A DNA stretch of 64,000 nucleotides. Origin: an uncultured delta proteobacterium. GTDB taxonomy: Bacteria > Desulfobacterota > Desulfobacteria > Desulfobacterales > SpSt-501. Each line of letters begins with the position of its first letter. Positions within the stretch are counted from its first letter, which is position 1. The stretch spans positions 68,734 to 132,733 of the forward strand of contig CAVOWH010000001.1 in the NCBI GenBank assembly GCA_963700055.1, read 5' to 3'. This document shows positions 55,799 through 64,000 of the stretch, one piece after another. The notes under the pieces are model-generated. The model made no database searches and was not told the origin of the DNA. It saw nothing but the letters and a program-made list of their open reading frames with translations. The position numbers were made by a program, and so were the translations under genes.

Positions 55799-56016
55799 AA
55801 GATGGGGCATGGATGGCCAAAAAGGTAATTTTTTTCAAGTGCCATCGCGCCATTCCCCCCGAAGTTGAGGGTTTCATGCCGACAGGCTTTCCAGCTCTTG
55901 CAAACCGTTCCACTCAAAGGTATAAACCATTTGTAGTTGTGACATTCATTTGCCGAGGCCGAGGCGTGCGGATCTTCTGTTCCCTCGCTTAATGGATCCT
56001 TGGCCCCCAATTGTTT

Positions 56017-56403
56017 ATGATCACCGGCTTTGAAAAAATCGTGGAGGAACGGATCCGCCGGGCTATCGAGAAGGGTGAGTTTGAGGATCTTCCCGGGGCC
56101 GGTCAGCCGCTTGCGCTGGAGGAGGACAGTCACGTTCCCGAAGACTTGCGCTTGGCGCATAAAATTTTGAAGAACGCCGAATGTCTTCCTCCTGAGGTTG
56201 AGCTGCGCAAAGACATCGAAAAAACCGAAGACCTTCTGACTGCGCTTCCCGACACGGCCGAAAAATACCAAATGCTCAAAAAGCTGAACTTCTTGATTCT
56301 CAAACTGAATGCCATGCGCCGGACCTCCATCGGCAATGAAATTCCTCAGCATTACGCCGGCAGAATTGTTTCGCGCATAGAAATGGGGAAGAAGCGAAAA
56401 TAA
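56017..56403 (+). CDS. DUF1992 (DnaJC28-like conserved domain) protein
   Basis: ITGFEKIVEERIRRAIEKGEFEDLPGAGQPL...LAHKILKNAECLPPEVELRKDI is the DUF1992 pattern. TTG 56011 is an alternative start. Confidence 0.8.
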   Translation: MITGFEKIVEERIRRAIEKGEFEDLPGAGQPLALEEDSHVPEDLRLAHKILKNAECLPPEVELRKDIEKTEDLLTALPDTAEKYQMLKKLNFLILKLNAMRRTSIGNEIPQHYAGRIVSRIEMGKKRK

Positions 56404-56517
56404 TCAACCGGAAACGTCAAAATTCCCCGGAAGCGAAAATACCGCCGTGTGCGGTCCGTCCCGTCGCGCGGCGGCGGTTGCTAACGATCAACCCTTTCAG
56501 ACCAACGATCTCGACCC

Positions 56518-57465
56518 GTGAACCAGAAACTCACGATTGCCCTTCTTTCAGGAGGCGTATCTTCGGAACGCGAGGTGTCGCTCAACAGCGGCAGCCAGGT
56601 TTACGAGGCCCTGGACAAGACAAAATACGATATCCTCCGCTACGATCCCAAAAACGACCTGCCGCGTCTGGTGACCGACGCCCGCCGCATCGACGCAGCG
56701 CTGATTATCCTGCACGGATCCTTTGGCGAGGACGGCACCGTGCAGGGTCTGCTGGAGTTGTTGGGGATCCCCTACCAAGGATCGGGAGTTCTCGGCAGCG
56801 CGGTGGCCATGAACAAACTCGCCGCCAAGCGCCTCTACCAGCAGGCGGGGTTGCCGGTCCCGGACTATGTCGTGGCTCACTGCTTGCAGGGGATAGACCC
56901 GGATGGCGTCGCGGAGCGGCTGGGGTTGCCGCTGGTCATAAAGCCGGTCGTCGGCGGCTCCAGCGTGGGGATCACCATCGTGCGCCGTCCGGAGGCGCTC
57001 CGGGCTGCCGTGGAAGCCGGCTGGGGGCACGACCCATCGGTGCTGATCGAAGCTTACATTCAGGGCACGGAAATCACCGGCGGGGTGATCGGCAACGACA
57101 CGCTCGAGGCGCTTCCCCTCATTGAGATCATCCCGGACCAGAAGCGCGAGTTTTTCGATTACACGGCCAAGTACACAGCCGGAGTCACCGAGGAAATTTG
57201 TCCGGCGCGAATCGATCCGGAGCTGACCGCCGAGGCCCAGCGGCTGGCCTTGGAGGCGCACCGAACGCTTTTCTGCCGCGGTTACAGCCGTACCGACATG
57301 ATGGTGCGCGGCCGCGACATCTTCATCCTCGAAACCAACACCATTCCCGGCATGACGGCTACCAGCCTGCTGCCGCGCGCGGCTCGCACGGCGGGATACA
57401 GCTTCGGCCAGCTGCTGGACCGGCTGATCGAGTTGAGCCTCGAGGGCCTCGGGCGCCACGGGTGA
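56518..57465 (+). CDS. ddl: D-alanine--D-alanine ligase
   Basis: GTG start. IALLSGGVSSEREVSLNSG, HGSFGEDGTVQGLLELLGIPYQGSGV, and C-terminal ILETNTIPGMT. Confidence 0.93.
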   Translation: MNQKLTIALLSGGVSSEREVSLNSGSQVYEALDKTKYDILRYDPKNDLPRLVTDARRIDAALIILHGSFGEDGTVQGLLELLGIPYQGSGVLGSAVAMNKLAAKRLYQQAGLPVPDYVVAHCLQGIDPDGVAERLGLPLVIKPVVGGSSVGITIVRRPEALRAAVEAGWGHDPSVLIEAYIQGTEITGGVIGNDTLEALPLIEIIPDQKREFFDYTAKYTAGVTEEICPARIDPELTAEAQRLALEAHRTLFCRGYSRTDMMVRGRDIFILETNTIPGMTATSLLPRAARTAGYSFGQLLDRLIELSLEGLGRHG

Positions 57466-57469
57466 GGGT

Positions 57470-58228
57470 ATGACCATCCACCGATCCGGTGAACTCGATC
57501 AACACTTTGAGAAGCTGACGATCGGGGATGTGGTCTTTGGGCTCTTGCCGGCGAGGTACCTGCACCCTGCGCGCTTGGCGGATCTCATGGAGCGCGGGGT
57601 CCGCTGCGTGCCCTCCGCGCTCTGCCAGCTGATCAGCCGCTCTAAATGTGCCCAGACTTTCTTGCTGCGGCAATGGATGACACCGCACACCTTGGTGATC
57701 GCTCGGCGCGCGGAGCTCATGGAAGCCGTGGGTTACTGCGCCCGGTACCGGATTGCCGCAGTGGTCACCAAACAGGAAGGCATGCATTGCGGCCACGGAA
57801 TCCGGCGTTGGGAGAGTGCGGAGACGCTTTACAACACCGTGGCATTTAGCGCTTCGGTCTACCCGTTCGTGCTGCAGCCCTTTCTGGCGGACATCACCGA
57901 TATCCGCGTGATCGTGGTGGGTGACTATGTCGAGGCCTACATGCGCGAGAACAATTTCAATTTCCGGGCCAATCTCGCAGCCGGCGGGGCCAGCCGGCCG
58001 CTGGCGATGGATGCCGCTGCGGAACGGCTTTGCCGCGAAGTGATGAACCGCGGCCGATTCCCGTATGCCCACATCGATCTTCATTTGACCTCCGGAGGCC
58101 ACTTTTGGCTGTCCGAGATCGCGTTGGACGGAGGCATCGCCGCCGCGCGCATTGGCCGGGATGAGTTGAAACGGCGGAAACGACAAGTTCTGGAGCAGCT
58201 CGCGAAAGCGGATCAAAATCCAAGCTGA
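57470..58228 (+). CDS. ATP-grasp-like protein (RimK-related?), function unknown
   Basis: 252 aa, 4 nt after the ddl stop. VVTKQEGMHCGHGIRRW..., PFLADITDIRVIVVGDYVEAYMRENNFNFRANLAAGG resembles the RimK/GSH-synthetase ATP-grasp core. Confidence 0.65.
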   Translation: MTIHRSGELDQHFEKLTIGDVVFGLLPARYLHPARLADLMERGVRCVPSALCQLISRSKCAQTFLLRQWMTPHTLVIARRAELMEAVGYCARYRIAAVVTKQEGMHCGHGIRRWESAETLYNTVAFSASVYPFVLQPFLADITDIRVIVVGDYVEAYMRENNFNFRANLAAGGASRPLAMDAAAERLCREVMNRGRFPYAHIDLHLTSGGHFWLSEIALDGGIAAARIGRDELKRRKRQVLEQLAKADQNPS

Positions 58229-58254
58229 AACCTCATCGCAAGAAGGAGGAGCCC

Positions 58255-60027
58255 ATGAAGGTGCTGGTCATCGGAAGCGGTGGCAGAGAGCACGCGTTGG
58301 TCTGGAAGATCGCCCAAAGTCCGCAGGTGAAGAAACTGTTTTGCGCGCCCGGAAACGCGGGGATCGCCGAGCTGGCTGAATGCGTTCCGATTCCGGCCGG
58401 AAACATTCAGACCCTGCTCGATTTCGCCCGTCGACAAAAGATCGACCTCACCGTGGTCGGCCCCGAGGGACCGCTTTCCGAAGGCATCGTCGACCTCTTC
58501 CAGAAGGAGGGGCTGCGGGTCTTCGGGGCGACGCGCCGGGCAGCCGAGATCGAGTCGAGCAAATCGTTCGCCAAATCGCTGATGACCAAATACCATATTT
58601 CAACCGCGCGCGGTCGCAGTTTTAAAAGCTATGATCAGGCCCGGCGCTATTTGCATCAGGCGGGCGCTCCGGTCGTGGTCAAGGCCGACGGGCTGGCGGC
58701 GGGAAAAGGCGTCATCGTTTGCGAAAGCGAAAAAGAGGCCCTGGAGGCGCTTGATCGGATCATGGTCAAACACGAATTCGGCGATGCCGGCAGCCAGGTG
58801 GTCATCGAAGAGTACCTCAGGGGCGAAGAGGCTTCCTTCCTGGCCTTTACCGACGGGCAAACCGTTCTGGCGATGCCTTCTTCGCAGGACCACAAGGCGA
58901 TCTACGACGAGGACCGCGGTCCCAACACGGGCGGAATGGGCGCCTATTCGCCGGCGCCGGTGGTGGATCGCCTCACCCACAAGCGGATCATGAACGAGGT
59001 CATGATCCCTACGGTCAAGGCCATGGCTGCGGAGGGCCGAACTTACCGGGGCGTGCTGTACGCCGGCCTCATGATCGAACGCGATCAGATCAAGGTGCTC
59101 GAATTCAACGGACGCTTCGGCGACCCCGAGGCGCAGCCGCTATTGATGCGGATCAAGAGCGACATCGTACCGATCATGGAAGCCGTGATCGACGGCCGGC
59201 TGGACCAGTGCACGCTCGACATCGACGAACGCGCTTCGGTCTGCGTGGTCATGGCCTCGGCCGGTTATCCCGGGAAATACCCCAAAGGGCTGCCGATCAA
59301 AGGGCTCGACGCCGCCAAGCGCGTGAAGGACGTGGTGGTCTTTCACGCCGGCACCGCGCGCAAAGAGAAGACCGTGGTGACCGACGGCGGCCGCGTGCTG
59401 GGGGTGACCGCACTGGGCGATACGGTCGCAGAGGCCATCGCCAAGGCCTACCAGGCCATCGGCAAGATCAGCTGGGAGGGCGCTTATTGCCGTAAAGACA
59501 TCGGCCGCAAGGCCCTGGAGCGCCTGAGCCGTGCGCCGGCGGTGGGCATTGTCATGGGCAGTGATTCGGATCTGCCCGTGATGGAGGAGGCCGCGGCCAT
59601 GCTGAAGAAGTTCGGCATCCCCTTCGAGATGACGGTGGCCTCCGCCCACCGCAGCCCGCAACGCGCCATGAGCTTTGCGGCGGAAGCCCAAAACCGGGGG
59701 ATGAAAATCATTATTGCCGGTGCCGGCCACGCGGCGCATCTGGCGGGGGTGCTGGCGGCCCATACGAGCCTGCCGGTCATCGGCGTGCCGATCGACTCCT
59801 CAAGCCTCCAGGGGCTGGACGCGTTGTTGTCAACGGTGCAGATGCCGCCGGGCATCCCGGTCGCCACCATGGCCCTCGGAAAGTCCGGCGCCCGCAACGC
59901 CGGTATTTTAGCGGCCCAGATGCTGGCCCTCGGCGACGCGGAACTGGCCGGCCGCATGGATCGTTTCAAGAAGGATATGGCATCCGAAGTTGAGCGCAAA
60001 GCCGAAAAGCTCAAGGACTACCGCTAG
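58255..60027 (+). CDS. purD/purE: Fused phosphoribosylamine--glycine ligase (PurD) and N5-CAIR mutase-like PurE
   Basis: Residues 1-~425 are PurD (MKVLVIGSGGREHALVWKIAQS...). From about residue 427 (nt ~59533) the sequence is PurE (VGIVMGSDSDLPVMEEA..., IIAGAGHAAHLAGVLAAHTSLPVIGVP). Single uninterrupted ORF. Confidence 0.9.
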   Translation: MKVLVIGSGGREHALVWKIAQSPQVKKLFCAPGNAGIAELAECVPIPAGNIQTLLDFARRQKIDLTVVGPEGPLSEGIVDLFQKEGLRVFGATRRAAEIESSKSFAKSLMTKYHISTARGRSFKSYDQARRYLHQAGAPVVVKADGLAAGKGVIVCESEKEALEALDRIMVKHEFGDAGSQVVIEEYLRGEEASFLAFTDGQTVLAMPSSQDHKAIYDEDRGPNTGGMGAYSPAPVVDRLTHKRIMNEVMIPTVKAMAAEGRTYRGVLYAGLMIERDQIKVLEFNGRFGDPEAQPLLMRIKSDIVPIMEAVIDGRLDQCTLDIDERASVCVVMASAGYPGKYPKGLPIKGLDAAKRVKDVVVFHAGTARKEKTVVTDGGRVLGVTALGDTVAEAIAKAYQAIGKISWEGAYCRKDIGRKALERLSRAPAVGIVMGSDSDLPVMEEAAAMLKKFGIPFEMTVASAHRSPQRAMSFAAEAQNRGMKIIIAGAGHAAHLAGVLAAHTSLPVIGVPIDSSSLQGLDALLSTVQMPPGIPVATMALGKSGARNAGILAAQMLALGDAELAGRMDRFKKDMASEVERKAEKLKDYR

Positions 60028-60037
60028 ACCTCTGCGC

Positions 60038-60661
60038 GTGAACCCGCGGTCGCCCGAGCCGGAGGCCATCGGCCGGGCCAGAGAGGTGATCCGCGCCGGA
60101 GGGGTGGTGTGCTTTCCGACGCGCTGCCTCTACGGGCTGGGAGCGGATGCACTGGACGCCGCCGCCGTCGAGCGCGTCTATGAAATCAAACAGCGTCCGG
60201 CCGACATGCCTCTGCTGGTGCTGATCAGCCGCAGCGCGCAGCTATCGGAGCTGGCCGAGCGAGTAACGCCCATGGCGCAGTTGCTCATCGAGCGGTTCTG
60301 GCCCGGCCGACTGACCCTGGTGCTGCCGGCCCGGGCGCACCTCCCGGCGCGGCTTACGGCCGGAACCGGCAAGATCGGAATCCGCCTGGCCGCACATCCT
60401 GTGGCGCGGGCGCTGGTCGAGGCGCTCGACCGGCCGATCACCGGAACCAGCGCCAATCTTTCCGGCGGAAGCGGCTGCCGGCAGATCGCCGAACTGGACC
60501 CGCGGATCGCGCGCCAGGTGGACCTCATCCTTGACGGCGGGGCACTGAAGGGGGGCGTGGGATCGACGGTAGTGGACGTGACCGGCGAAAAACCGATGGT
60601 GATCCGGGAAGGAGAAATATCGAAGCCTGAAATCCTGGCGGTGATTAGGTCAATTGCCTGA
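60038..60661 (+). CDS. tsaC: L-threonylcarbamoyladenylate synthase (TsaC/YrdC type)
   Basis: GGVVCFPTRCLYGLGADALDAAAVERVYEIKQRPADMPLLVLI and TSANLSG. The start is uncertain: GTG 60038 is chosen, and TTG 59990 would overlap the purD/purE end. Confidence 0.82.
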   Translation: MNPRSPEPEAIGRAREVIRAGGVVCFPTRCLYGLGADALDAAAVERVYEIKQRPADMPLLVLISRSAQLSELAERVTPMAQLLIERFWPGRLTLVLPARAHLPARLTAGTGKIGIRLAAHPVARALVEALDRPITGTSANLSGGSGCRQIAELDPRIARQVDLILDGGALKGGVGSTVVDVTGEKPMVIREGEISKPEILAVIRSIA

Positions 60662-60711
60662 GCCCAGCTGGCTGTCTTTACCTGCTTCACGTTCCCATGC
60701 GCCTTCTTTGT

Positions 60712-60739
60712 TGACAACTCGCGGGTGTTTTCTTATAAA
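60712..60739 (+). promoter_or_regulatory. Sigma70-like promoter for tRNA-Leu
   Basis: TTGACA (60712-60717), 16-nt spacer, TATAAA (60734-60739). The tRNA 5-prime end is 10 nt downstream. Confidence 0.5.
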
Positions 60740-60748
60740 CCGAGCCAT

Positions 60749-60835
60749 GCCGGAGTGGTGAAATTGGTAGACGCAGAGGACTCAAAATCCTCCGGGGGCA
60801 ACCTCATGCCGGTTCAAGTCCGGCCTCCGGCACCA
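60749..60835 (+). tRNA. tRNA-Leu (anticodon CAA), long variable arm
   Basis: Acceptor GCCGGAG/CTCCGGC, anticodon stem GAGGA/TCCTC with loop CTCAAAA, variable stem-loop, T-arm GCCGG TTCAAGT CCGGC, encoded CCA. Confidence 0.92.
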
Positions 60836-60858
60836 GAATGAAATCAAGGGGTTAACCC

Positions 60859-62029
60859 TCATTGGGTTGACTCCTTTTTTTCTGGAAAATGAGCGATTGT
60901 AACGGTTCTTGTAACGGTTCTCGACAAATTTTTTTCGGACAGGTATTTTTCCTGTTGAGCCGCAGCAAGCTTGAGGTCTTCTTCGCTTACGATATTATAG
61001 CGGTCAAAGACTGAACGGGTTTTGTGGCCTGAGATTTTCATGGCAACTGTTTCAGGCACCCCGGAACGGACCATGTTTCTAACTGCTGTGCGGCGGAAAT
61101 CGTGCAGGATAGGCCCTGCTGGCAGTTTTCCCTGCCATTTCTCAACATAATTGCTGCCCAGCCGGTAGCCGTACCCGAGCCCGACCTTGCGGCAAGCCTC
61201 GTTCCAGCAGTGACGAAAATCCTTGATCTGCCCTGTGCCTTCCGCGTTGGGAAAGACGTACTCGCAGAGTTTGCCGGCGCGCTTGCGTTCCTGGGATTGC
61301 CCCTTGAAAATCTCCTGCAGTTCGTTGTCTAAATAGATACTACGGCCATCGTCGTTCTTGGTGGTTCCAGGCTCCAGCCGGACGATGCCCTCTCCAAGGT
61401 TCACTTGGCTCCAGGTTAAGTCGGTGATTTCAGCTTCCCGCCACCCCGTCTTGTACGCGAACGTTACGAACGGTTTAAGATAGGTGGGCAGGGCATCCCG
61501 TAACACTACAAAGCTCTCGTGCTCAAAAAAACCCTTCCGAACGTTGTTCTCCTTCAGCATGGGTATGTATGGCACGCGCTCGATCTGTGGGGGCGTCTGT
61601 TTGGCTGCAAGATTGAGGATGCGTTTTAGGGCCGCGAGCTCTCGATTGACCGTGGCGTTCGCGAATCCTTCCTCCAGCCGTTTCTTGATGTATTCGCCTA
61701 TCTTTTGAGTGGTTAAGGCATTCGCGCGGTGCTTTCCAAACTCTTTAAGCAGGTAGCCGACGCTTCTGGGTTGCCCGCTTGAGGGACTTACGCTCGTTGA
61801 GCCTGTAGTCATCCAGGAAGGCGTCTGAGAGGTCCTTGAACATGATCTTGTCCAACCGCAGGGCAGGGGCCTTGCCCTCGGAGATTTCGCCCAGGCGCTT
61901 CTTGAGCAGCTCTCTGGCCGCCATCTTCTTGCTGCTGCCGCTGCTTTCGCGGTAGGGATAACCGTTCAAAAAATACTGAATCCACCAAGTCTTGCCTCTC
62001 AGATATACAGTACCCATACCACGCTCCAT
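60859..62029 (-). pseudogene. Tyrosine recombinase/phage integrase, split by a 1-nt frameshift within 61745..61812
   Basis: N-terminal ORF (62029..61745: MGTVYLRGKTWWIQYFLNGYPYRESS...) and C-terminal ORF (61812..60859) overlap in different frames. The catalytic region is intact (HDFRRTAVRNM, GHKTRSVFDRYN). Confidence 0.85.
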
Positions 62030-62236
62030 AGTGTCCTCCCTCCTGTGAGCATTATCCCAAACATATTATATATTCGGCACAAGGTCTAGCCTTTTTTTAA
62101 TAGCCATAAAATCCTGAAAAACCTAAGTTGCGAACGAATGAAAGCGGCCCCAGCAACCTGCGTTTAAATGACATAGCCCTCTCTGGTTGCTGACGCGTGT
62201 CATAAGACAAATACAAGCAGAGCAGTTTTGTGTTTG

Positions 62237-62464
62237 TCATCGTGCCCCCTCTATGACCTTGTTTTTTTCAATGAAGGCATCAATGTCTCGCTGATCAACA
62301 ACCAGCTTGCGGCCCAATTGCAGGTATGGGATGTCACCGCGCCAAATGCAAGTGCGCCAATACCAGGTTGTGAGCCCATAGACAGCGACCAAATCCCGCA
62401 GGCTGAGCAGTCGTGTATGACGGCCTGTTTCCACCTCTTTCGGTGTTGAACATTTTCTCTCCAT
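62237..62464 (-). CDS. Excisionase/AlpA-like helix-turn-helix DNA-binding protein
   Basis: 75 aa. LLSLRDLVAVYGLTTWYWRTCIWRGDIPYLQLGRKLVVDQRDIDAFIEKN fits the HTH_17/excisionase pattern. Confidence 0.7.
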   Translation of the reverse strand: MERKCSTPKEVETGRHTRLLSLRDLVAVYGLTTWYWRTCIWRGDIPYLQLGRKLVVDQRDIDAFIEKNKVIEGAR

Positions 62465-62621
62465 CGGCTGATCTTTCGTATAGTAGCCGATCAGCTTTTG
62501 TCATCCCGTGCTCTAATCTTTCTTTGCCATCATTGTTTGTGGCTACCGGTTAATAGGTTGAAGTTTCGGAGGGGGAAGGATGGCTCCCACCCCCTCCAGG
62601 TTCAATATCCTCCTCTAATAA

Positions 62622-63326
62622 TTATGCTGGGTACTGGTTCCAAACACGGCCATCCAGCAAGCAGCCGGCGGCCTTCTTGTTACGGCCACCCCATTGTTTG
62701 AAGAAGAAGGCGACATCGGCATCCACGCATTTGTCACGGATTTCGGTCACCCATTCCTCCTCTATGGGACGCGCGCCAGGTCCGGACTCTCCACCAACGA
62801 TCACCCAATCAATGCCGGCCGGGTCAAAGCCGCTCACCGGCCCCAGCAGCGGTTCGAAGGAGATGAATTTGGTGGCCGCTGGGGTGTCAAGCAGGTGGTC
62901 GATGCGGTGGAGATACTTCTCCTTTTCCACCGTGACCCCCATCCAAATGTTGTCGGCCCATGGCAAATCCGGGGCCAGTTCAGCCAAACGTTCGCTGCGC
63001 TTGGTCAACACCTGGAACTGGTGCTGGCCTGCTTCGCCCATAACCTTGAACACCTTCCGGATGAATTTCTTGGGGACCTCCTCGTGGAACAGGTCGCTCA
63101 TGGAATTGACGAAAACGCGACTTGGCTTTCTCCACATGAGCGGCTTCTCCAGGACTTCGGGGTGTAGTGTGACCTCGAACCCGTTAGCGTACTTTGCCTG
63201 CCCCATCCCCTGTAACCGGTAGGCCATCTTCTCAGCGTAACAGTGCTTGCAACCGGTGCTGACTTTCGTGCAGCCAGTTACCGGGTTCCAAACTTTTTCA
63301 GACCATTCGATTTTGGTAGTAGCCAT
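62622..63326 (-). CDS. Phage Gp37/Gp68-family (DUF5131) protein
   Basis: Start at ATG 63326. MATTKIEWSEKVWNPVTGCTKVSTGCKHCYAE...VFVNSMSDLF...WVIVGGESGPGARP is the family signature including the three-Cys motif. Confidence 0.85.
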   Translation of the reverse strand: MATTKIEWSEKVWNPVTGCTKVSTGCKHCYAEKMAYRLQGMGQAKYANGFEVTLHPEVLEKPLMWRKPSRVFVNSMSDLFHEEVPKKFIRKVFKVMGEAGQHQFQVLTKRSERLAELAPDLPWADNIWMGVTVEKEKYLHRIDHLLDTPAATKFISFEPLLGPVSGFDPAGIDWVIVGGESGPGARPIEEEWVTEIRDKCVDADVAFFFKQWGGRNKKAAGCLLDGRVWNQYPA

Positions 63327-63484
63327 ATTTCCCTCACGATGTTTGTTGTTGATATTGTGTGTCCGGGGTTGCCTTACTCTGCTCTCCCGGTAGCTCATAG
63401 GATTGACTGGCGCGGCATAAGCACCACCACGCCAGCCGTTAGATTGTAATCCCAACCCCTGGCTAAGCAGGAATTCCCACGCGC

Positions 63485-63691
63485 CTAATACAATCTGAGT
63501 TTCAGCCGTTCGATGCAGTCCCGTTGAACTGTTTCGATATTGTCCATAGTGCGAACTTCCTGCTCTGATGCGCATGGCTCCAACGACATTAACAGGCCAC
63601 CAAGTTTGTCAGCAGCCTTTTCGAGCTTCTGAATGATGTCGCTGAGAAATTGCCTATCAAGAATTACATTGGCTTTTCTATTCTTAACCAT
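63485..63691 (-). CDS. Hypothetical small protein (68 aa)
   Basis: ORF only, in low-GC island context. Confidence 0.35.
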   Translation of the reverse strand: MVKNRKANVILDRQFLSDIIQKLEKAADKLGGLLMSLEPCASEQEVRTMDNIETVQRDCIERLKLRLY

Positions 63692-63782
63692 TGTGTGTCT
63701 CCTGATTTTTTAAAATGAACGTGTTGGGCCGTAGGGATGGATTGCGAAATTCCCATTCTCTACGGCCCCGAATGTTATTTGC

Positions 63783-64000
63783 CTATCCAATCAATGTGGG
63801 GTTATTGTCAGCACCTCCGCAGAGAATTATTTTATTAATTTCATGTTGAAGGACATCATCGTTTTCGATATTGAAAATAAGCTGGAGCGCGTGCATACGG
63901 ACAACTGGATGTTTATCGCCCAGTGCCTTCAAGAGTGCTGAAACTACCTCAGAATTATTTCCATCGTTAACAAAAAGGCCCAAAGTATCAGCTGCCTCAA
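63783..64000 (-). CDS. HEAT/PBS-lyase-repeat-like protein, C-terminal part (probably continues beyond the window)
   Basis: ALLKALGDKHPVVRMHALQ resembles HEAT_2 repeats. The frame is open to the window edge. Confidence 0.35.
   Translation of the reverse strand, partial: EAADTLGLFVNDGNNSEVVSALLKALGDKHPVVRMHALQLIFNIENDDVLQHEINKIILCGGADNNPTLIG

Larger units (their letters stand above)
60836..64000. mobile_element. Integrated element (genomic island or prophage remnant) inserted at the tRNA-Leu 3-prime end; right boundary outside the window
   Basis: An integrase gene ends 23 nt after the tRNA. G+C is visibly lower and gene content is phage/island-type (excisionase-like HTH, Gp37/Gp68). No second att copy is visible in the window. 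Confidence 0.6.

Noticed and set aside
55792-56352. 186-aa minus-strand ORF overlapping the DUF1992 gene
   Set aside because: The plus-strand product matches a known conserved domain and the minus-strand product has no motif.

Overview
High-GC (roughly 60%+ by eye) bacterial chromosomal segment. Gene content (Sec-containing SelD, Liv-type ABC plus acyl-CoA ligases, many radical-SAM proteins) fits an anaerobic Desulfobacterota-like organism, but that is inference only. About 60 genes are supportable. They include housekeeping genes (tex, polA, mnmG, ddl, a purD-purE fusion, hpt, tsaC, two Dus paralogs, tRNA-Met, tRNA-Leu) and a 9-gene minus-strand operon (Liv-type ABC importer, two acyl-CoA ligases, acyl-CoA dehydrogenase, thioesterase). 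There is also a selenium-handling cluster (MauE/rhodanese, selD with an in-frame UGA, yedF, mop). Most noteworthy: (1) a four-gene cassette at 9135-15405 with an SNF2 ATPase and a SWIM zinc-finger protein bracketed by two paralogous helical proteins and AT-rich borders, with no function I can assign. (2) selD is truncated in the ORF track and extends to 31075 through UGA at 31135-31137. (3) polA carries a 1-nt frameshift near 39231-39234. (4) A near-perfect 393-bp tandem duplication sits next to a decayed DUF4143 ATPase gene. (5) A lower-GC integrated element starts right after tRNA-Leu (60836 onward), with a frameshifted integrase, an excisionase-like HTH and a Gp37/Gp68-family protein, and runs off the window. 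No CRISPR array, rRNA or intact IS element was seen. All calls rest on motif recognition by eye; no searches or folding were run.
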